A stretch of 63,966 bases of DNA, filler included, from Acidimicrobiia bacterium (GTDB lineage Bacteria; Actinomycetota; Acidimicrobiia; Spongiisociales; CAZKJJ01): assembly GCA_046759765.1 (NCBI GenBank). It is 5 parts of 5 records of this genome, joined end to end, with 100 filler letters (N's around TTAATTAATTAA, not from the genome) between each part and the next. Parts side by side here need not be neighbours in the genome. Positions count along the whole stretch, not along the records: positions 55,728 to 63,966 come from JBHICV010000114.1; 4 more parts are not named here. One strand, written 5' to 3'. Position numbers and translations under genes: made by a program. The notes under the pieces were generated by a model. That model worked only from the letters and a program-made list of their open reading frames with translations. It was not told the DNA's origin and did not search any database. Below are positions 58,792 through 63,966 of the stretch, in pieces (the first letter of the stretch is position 1; each line of letters starts with the position of its first letter).

Positions 58792-60444
58792 TCAGACTTT
58801 GACGGCGGTTCCTTTACGGACGATCTCTTCGATCTCCAGAGGCCGCACCGGCTTGCCGAACAGGTAGCCCTGGGCGATGTCACAACCCAGCTCCGAAAGG
58901 ATCTCGTGCTGTTCGGGAGTCTCGACTCCTTCTGCGATCACCTTTAATGAGAGACTGTGCGCAAGCCGAATAACGGCAGTGGGAATGGCCATGGAATCGG
59001 GCTCGCGCTCGAGGTCCGTAATGAAGGAGCGATCGATCTTCAGGTAGTCGATCGGGAACTGCTTCAGATAGCTCAGCGAGGAGTAGCCCGTACCGAAGTC
59101 GTCGATCGATATGCGCACTCCCATCTTCTTGAGTCTCTCCAATGTCCGCCGAGTCATTTCGGTGTCTTCGATCAAGGTGCCCTCTGTCAGCTCGAGCTCA
59201 ATCAGCTTGGGATCGACGCCGCTGTCTCGGAGTGCCCTTCCCACGGTTTCGACCAGGTCGCCGTGCCGGAACTGTCTCGCGGCGACGTTCACCGAGACCG
59301 AGATGTTCGGGAGCGACGAGTCCATCCACTCGCGGGCCTGGTGGCAGGCTTCGGTTAACACCCACTCGCCCAGTGGGAGGATCAGATCCGTGTCCTCCGC
59401 GATCGGAATGAACTGGCCGGGCATAACGGCACCCATTTCGGGATGATCCCACCGGAGTAACGCTTCCACACCGGTGACCTGCCCCGTCTCGAGCCAGAGC
59501 TTGGGCTGATAAGCCAGCCAGAGCTGGTCGTCACGGGCCAGCGCCGCGCGCAGGCTGGTGAGGAGCTCAATCCGCGCTGACGTCTTGGCTCTCAGCTCTG
59601 CAGTGACGAACTGGTAGGTGTTCTTGCCGGCGTCTTTGGCCGAGTACATAGCGAGGTCGGCGTCGCGTAGGAGCCCGTCGATGCTCTCGCCGTCCAGGGG
59701 GTAAACGACGATCCCGATGCTTCCGGTAACGAAGAGCTTGCGGTCGAGCAGCAGGAAAGGCTTCTCGAGCGCGCTGAGCACCTTCTCGGCCACCTGGCCG
59801 GCGTCCTCCGGGCGTGTCCCGCCCTCGAGGATGATCATGAACTCGTCGCCACCAAGGCGGGCAACGGTGTCGCTCTCCCGCACCGAGTCCTCGAGTCGGC
59901 CTGCCACCTGCCGGAGTAGTTGGTCGCCGATGTGGTGGCCGAGCTGGTCGTTGACAGCTTTGAAGTCGTCGAGATCGATGAACATCACGCTGACCAGCGT
60001 TCCGTCTCTCCGAGCTCTCACGACTGCATGTTCGAGGCGGTCCCTGAGCAACACCCGGTTGGCGAGACCGGTCAGAGGATCGAACTGGGCCAGGTAGTTG
60101 ATCTCTTCCCCGTCCTGTTCGCGCTCGGCTTCGTGTTCCTCCTCCCGCTCGGCCCGTCCCTGCTTGATCCGCCTCGCCAAAGGTCGAAAGAGGAAGATTC
60201 CTTCGACGAGCGCCACGAGCAGAATTCCCTGCAAGAGCAATGGCTGGATATCAGCGTCCTGGCGGGAAAGGGCGCGAGCGACCAGGTAGGTCGAGCTGAT
60301 GGCAAAGACAGCGATCAGGCCGAGGCCGAGAAGATACCGAGCTATGAGTGGACGCGTGGGTGCGTCCCTGGGCTCATTCTTCGTGACGTCTTCATGGTTT
60401 TCCCAGGGATCTCCGCCGTCCTTGCTGTGCCGCTGATCCGGCAT
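58792..60444 (-). CDS. GGDEF-EAL diguanylate cyclase/phosphodiesterase
   Basis: DPLTGLANR, RLGGDEF, EALLRW, DDFGTGYSSL, AEGVE, QGY. Two N-terminal TMs. Confidence 0.95.
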   Translation of the reverse strand: MPDQRHSKDGGDPWENHEDVTKNEPRDAPTRPLIARYLLGLGLIAVFAISSTYLVARALSRQDADIQPLLLQGILLVALVEGIFLFRPLARRIKQGRAEREEEHEAEREQDGEEINYLAQFDPLTGLANRVLLRDRLEHAVVRARRDGTLVSVMFIDLDDFKAVNDQLGHHIGDQLLRQVAGRLEDSVRESDTVARLGGDEFMIILEGGTRPEDAGQVAEKVLSALEKPFLLLDRKLFVTGSIGIVVYPLDGESIDGLLRDADLAMYSAKDAGKNTYQFVTAELRAKTSARIELLTSLRAALARDDQLWLAYQPKLWLETGQVTGVEALLRWDHPEMGAVMPGQFIPIAEDTDLILPLGEWVLTEACHQAREWMDSSLPNISVSVNVAARQFRHGDLVETVGRALRDSGVDPKLIELELTEGTLIEDTEMTRRTLERLKKMGVRISIDDFGTGYSSLSYLKQFPIDYLKIDRSFITDLEREPDSMAIPTAVIRLAHSLSLKVIAEGVETPEQHEILSELGCDIAQGYLFGKPVRPLEIEEIVRKGTAVKV

Positions 60445-60492
60445 CGGCTATCACCTTGAAGCGCTAAGGAGATATCGGCGCTTCTTGGCTGC

Positions 60493-61413
60493 CTATTGAG
60501 TGAGAGGCTCCTGTCGATCGGTGTCGACTGTCACGTTGAATACGTCCGGTCGGAAGTAGTGCCCGGCAGGATCGAAGTTCTGCCGCTCCGCAAGGACCGC
60601 ATCGACGTCCAGGTCGGCGTAAACGATTGTCTCATCACCTTTGACCGGGCCCGCGATGCCCTTTCCGTCCGGTCCGACGATGCAAGTACCTCCGGTCATG
60701 AATCGATCCGCGGTGCCGAGTTTGTCCTTCAAAGGGAAGCCGCTGGGGATGTCGGAAGCGCTCAATACTCCGCCCGTAGAGATCACGTAAACCCTGCCCT
60801 CTAGAGCTATGAAGCGGGTGATGTCGCGTGTCAACCAGGGCGAGCCCGGCCACGTGGCGATGTGGACCTGTTCACCTTGTGCGTACAGGCTGTGTCGAGC
60901 CAGCGGCATCCAGTTCTCCCAGCAGTTGAGACCGCCGACTCGAAAGCCTCCCCAATCGTGGACTGCCAACCCGTGCCCATCACCCGACGACCAAACCAGC
61001 CGCTCCTCATAGGTGGGACGGAGCTTTCTGTGGATCGACACCACGCCCCGCTCGGGGTGTACGGCCGCCAGGGACGCGTACACCGATCCTCCCGAAGCTG
61101 ATAGCTCCACAAATCCCAGATAGGTGAAGACACCAAGCTCGGCCGCGGCCGCCACGACCGCCTCGATCTCGGGACCGTCAGGGGCAACGGCGCCGCGTAC
61201 GTAGGCGGCGTAGGCGGCCTTCTGCTCCGGGTCGTTGAACCTGGCGCCTCCAGTGCGCGATAACCAGAACGGATACCCGGCGAGAAAAGTCTCCGGAAAC
61301 ACGCACAGTTCGGCGCCGCCCGAGGAAGCTTCCTTCATGAGGGTGAGGACCTTGTCTGTTGTCCTCTGCGGATCGCAGAAGACCGGAGCCGCTTGGATGC
61401 CGGCGACTCTCAT
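60493..61413 (-). CDS. Nitrilase (carbon-nitrogen hydrolase)
   Basis: FPETF, HRKLRPT, LNCWENW catalytic triad, DPAGHY.RPD. Confidence 0.92.
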   Translation of the reverse strand: MRVAGIQAAPVFCDPQRTTDKVLTLMKEASSGGAELCVFPETFLAGYPFWLSRTGGARFNDPEQKAAYAAYVRGAVAPDGPEIEAVVAAAAELGVFTYLGFVELSASGGSVYASLAAVHPERGVVSIHRKLRPTYEERLVWSSGDGHGLAVHDWGGFRVGGLNCWENWMPLARHSLYAQGEQVHIATWPGSPWLTRDITRFIALEGRVYVISTGGVLSASDIPSGFPLKDKLGTADRFMTGGTCIVGPDGKGIAGPVKGDETIVYADLDVDAVLAERQNFDPAGHYFRPDVFNVTVDTDRQEPLTQ

Positions 61414-61991
61414 CTGTTCCTCCATTCGAGCGGGTCGCCTGACCCGGCGGCCTCCGACACCTCCGGGTCGACTTGGATACCGAAGCCGTCGGCCAGTCTC
61501 GTGAGATGGTTGAAGATCCCAACAATGTGGCCCACTTCGAGACAAGCCTCATCGTCAAATCCCAGCTGGCGTAGCTGGGCCCAGTCGGCCTCGACCATCC
61601 CGGTCGGCTCGGCGGACATCTTCTCAGCCACCGTGCACAGGGCCACTTCACGTTCGCTGAGCGGTAGATCTCGCCACCGACGCTCCTTGATCGCTTCGAC
61701 GAGTCCCGGATCACCGGCTTCGGCACGCAGAAACTCTGCGTGAGACTCAGTTCAGTAGAAGCACTCCTGGGCGGCGGAGGCTACGGCGGCCACCATCTCC
61801 CGTTCGCTGCGGGTCAGCGCACCTTCTCGAAACATGATCTCGAGGTAAAGCTCGCCAAAGCGAGGACCGATGCGGGGATGGGCGTCGATCAGCTTGGACA
61901 TCGCCGGTATCCGACCGAAGTCGTAAACCGACCGGTCGCCTCTTGCTCTGACCTCTTCCTCGCTGGGGAGGTCGAGCCACGCTTCGCGCAT
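61410..61991 (-). CDS. AhpD/CMD-like peroxidase-related selenoprotein (in-frame UGA at 61752-61754, motif CFYU)
   Basis: ORFs 61752-61991 and 61410-61646 share a frame and are separated only by one TGA. Readthrough gives LTRSEREMVA..ECFYUTESH...FNHLTRLADGFG, 193 aa. Confidence 0.85.
61724..61742 (-). promoter_or_regulatory. Candidate bacterial SECIS hairpin
   Basis: CACGCAGA-GTT-TCTGCGTG, a perfect 8-bp stem starting 10 nt after the UGA, with a G in the loop. Confidence 0.65.
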
Positions 61992-62009
61992 GTATCTTTC
62001 TCCGTTTGC

Positions 62010-62058
62010 GTTCCGGTCAACCTGAGCCGCACTTTTCGCGGCTTAGATTGACACGAAA
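62010..62058. repeat. 49-bp palindromic element (GTCAA/TTGAC type)
   Basis: Arms GTTCCGGTCAAC / ATTGACACGAAA, inner stem CTGAGCCGC/GCGGCTTAG. Right arm matches that of 14234-14282 at 11 of 12 positions. Confidence 0.68.
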
Positions 62059-62059
62059 G

Positions 62060-62518
62060 TCAGTCGAGGAGCATGGCGTCGGTCTCCCGGAGACGCTGCG
62101 ATAGCCCCTGCAGGATCTTTCGCGCCAGACCGGGTACGTCGTCGAGCAGCTGACTGAAGTCGCTCCGATGCATCACCAGCAGCACCGAGTCCTCTTCGAC
62201 AGTCACCGTTGCCGAGCGAGGCTGGCCGTCGAGCAACGACATCTCGCCCACGAAGTCACCGTCGCCCCTGCTGGCAAGCTTCTGCCCGTCTCTGGTGATC
62301 GTGGCGCTGCCCGAGACGATGATGAACATCTCGTTGCCCAGATCCCCCTGCTCAGCCAGCACCGAGCCGGCCTCCTTCTTGATCTCATCCGTGTGACGGG
62401 CGACCTCGGTGAGCTGCTTCGGTGACAGATTGGCGAAGAGGGGCACTTGCTTCAGCAGATCGGTCTTGTCGGAATGACGCCTGAGCGCTGCCATGGAATC
62501 TCCTCCGTGGCTCGCCAT
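62060..62518 (-). CDS. Stand-alone cyclic-nucleotide-binding domain protein
   Basis: VPLFANL, GDFVGEMSLLDGQPRSATV. Confidence 0.9.
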   Translation of the reverse strand: MASHGGDSMAALRRHSDKTDLLKQVPLFANLSPKQLTEVARHTDEIKKEAGSVLAEQGDLGNEMFIIVSGSATITRDGQKLASRGDGDFVGEMSLLDGQPRSATVTVEEDSVLLVMHRSDFSQLLDDVPGLARKILQGLSQRLRETDAMLLD

Positions 62519-62554
62519 ATTCTATGTTGGCTACTCGAGGGGCGAGCTCCGGAG

Positions 62555-63091
62555 TCATCTGCACTCAGCGAACCAGTACATCGTTTCGGCGTTGAGGCCG
62601 AGCAGTGCGGTGCCCTCGTAGTGCTGGCCTTGGTAGTCGAAGGCCACGGGAACTTCGTAAGTTTGCGCCGCCGTGCTGCCGGTGGCGGTTTCGAAGGCGC
62701 GGATGATCGGACCGATCGCCTCGCCGGTCTGCTCGTAGTTCTCGAGCTGGAGGATCTCCCGGGTCACAAAGGCGCGGCACCGATCAGTCCCGTAGGCGTC
62801 GATTACTACGGGGTGCAGGCGCTCCATTAGGAAGCTCACGTCTTGTGCGTCGATCGCCACGCGAAACGAAACGACGAACGAAGAGGCCGGGTCTTGAGCT
62901 GTCGTGGCGGCAGACGCCGGCGCGGTCGAAAGAGCCGTGGGAGGGCCCTCGTCGATAGGACTGTCACTGGGGACTAGGAGTACGACTGCTAACGCAACGC
63001 CAAGCGCACCCCCGATCGCAGCCAGCGGCCACCACAGTCTCTTGCCCGTAGGGAGCCCCGTGTTCTCTCGATGGTCTGGAATGCCGAGAAT
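62555..63091 (-). CDS. Hypothetical membrane-anchored protein, start unresolved
   Basis: Frame is open from 63091 and encodes a TM (WWPLAAIGGALGVALAVVLLV) and a Pro/Thr linker upstream of the tracked ORF. Confidence 0.45.
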   Translation of the reverse strand: MLGIPDHRENTGLPTGKRLWWPLAAIGGALGVALAVVLLVPSDSPIDEGPPTALSTAPASAATTAQDPASSFVVSFRVAIDAQDVSFLMERLHPVVIDAYGTDRCRAFVTREILQLENYEQTGEAIGPIIRAFETATGSTAAQTYEVPVAFDYQGQHYEGTALLGLNAETMYWFAECR

Positions 63092-63135
63092 CTACTTTCG
63101 CTGTCATCGGTATCCTGCACCAAGCGGAAGGGAGA

Positions 63136-63927
63136 TTGGTGAAGTACCCACACGGAATGTTCTCATGGACGGATCTCGGCGTTCCCGACGGCGGAGCCGC
63201 CAAAGCGTTCTACGGGGAGCTCTTTGGCTGGCAGTTCAAGGATCTACCGGGACGAGGCGATCTGCCGTACTCGATGGCGATGGTCGGCTCCCACGACGTG
63301 GCAGCGGTGTACCAGCAGGGTCCACAGCAAGCCGGCACGCCACCGGCATGGATGAGCTACATCAACGTCGAGGATGCCGACAAAGTCGCGACACGCGCCT
63401 CGGAGCTGGGCGGGTCAGTAGTGGCTGAGCCGTTCGAGGCCGAGGGCGCGGGACGTTTGGCAGTCATCTCCGATCCGACGGGTGCCGTCGTCTCGTTGTG
63501 GCAGCCGGTCCAGCACGAAGGAGCCGGAATTTTCAACGTTCATGGAGCTATGACCTGGAACGAGCTGGCCACCAGAGACGGCGAAACGGCAAAATCGTTT
63601 TTCGGCGATCTGCTTGGTTGGACGTTCCATACAACGGAGACCCCTCGGCTCGTCTACCACGAGATTCGGGTGGACGGTCGCAGCAACGGAGGCATCCTCG
63701 AGATGGACGAGCGCTGGTCTCCGGAAGCGCCGGCCCGATGGATGACGTACTTCGCAGTCGACGACTGCGACGAGACTACCGAGAAGGTGGTTGAGCTAGA
63801 GGGCACCGTGGCGGTCCCACCCACCGACATCCCGGCGGGGCGCTACGCGATCGTCAAGGACCAGCAAGGCGCGGCGTTCACGATATTTGCCTTCCCCGAA
63901 GGACAAGGCGGAACCCAGCCCGTGTGA
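63136..63927 (+). CDS. Two-domain VOC/glyoxalase protein (CFP32-like)
   Basis: Duplicated W.(D/E)L...FF/YG.L.GW...W..Y..V.D...GR.A...D..GA. Confidence 0.9.
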   Translation: MVKYPHGMFSWTDLGVPDGGAAKAFYGELFGWQFKDLPGRGDLPYSMAMVGSHDVAAVYQQGPQQAGTPPAWMSYINVEDADKVATRASELGGSVVAEPFEAEGAGRLAVISDPTGAVVSLWQPVQHEGAGIFNVHGAMTWNELATRDGETAKSFFGDLLGWTFHTTETPRLVYHEIRVDGRSNGGILEMDERWSPEAPARWMTYFAVDDCDETTEKVVELEGTVAVPPTDIPAGRYAIVKDQQGAAFTIFAFPEGQGGTQPV

Positions 63928-63966
63928 GGCTGCCGGTAGCCTTCGCTTTGGAGGCGTCCGGACGCC

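Overview
High-GC bacterial DNA, most likely an Actinomycetota genome bin (Acidimicrobiia-like by gene content and synteny; this is inference). It is five contigs joined by artificial N/TTAATTAATTAA/N linkers: 1-14357, 14458-28621, 28722-42271, 42372-55627, 55728-63966. Contig 1: end of a tyrosine integrase next to tRNA-Ala(CGC), a translin/TRAX-like gene, the actinobacterial galU-moeA-moaC-mog-glpR / fmdB-MTAP locus, uppP, an Eis-like GNAT, a class III aminotransferase and a C45 hydrolase. Contig 2: an amine/aromatic catabolic cluster (APC permease, GS-like ligase, atypical P450, ADC-family protein, extradiol dioxygenase) interrupted by a repeat-flanked AbiEi/DUF559 gene, then a RpiB/DeoC (SPU-type) microcompartment operon. 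Contig 3: regulators and accessory genes. Contig 4: accessory genes, then rsmI-abrB-tatD-rsmA-ispE-tRNA-Gln-glmU-prs. Contig 5: a coupled operon of an unannotated 39-aa Cys micropeptide, an atypical Lgt paralog, a small GxC membrane protein and a Tes/MJ0619-family radical SAM enzyme, followed by GGDEF-EAL, a nitrilase and an AhpD-like CxxU selenoprotein. The best candidates for novel biology are the Lgt/radical SAM/micropeptide operon and a family of eight 49-bp palindromes tied to the DUF559 gene. All family assignments come from motif recognition, not database searches.
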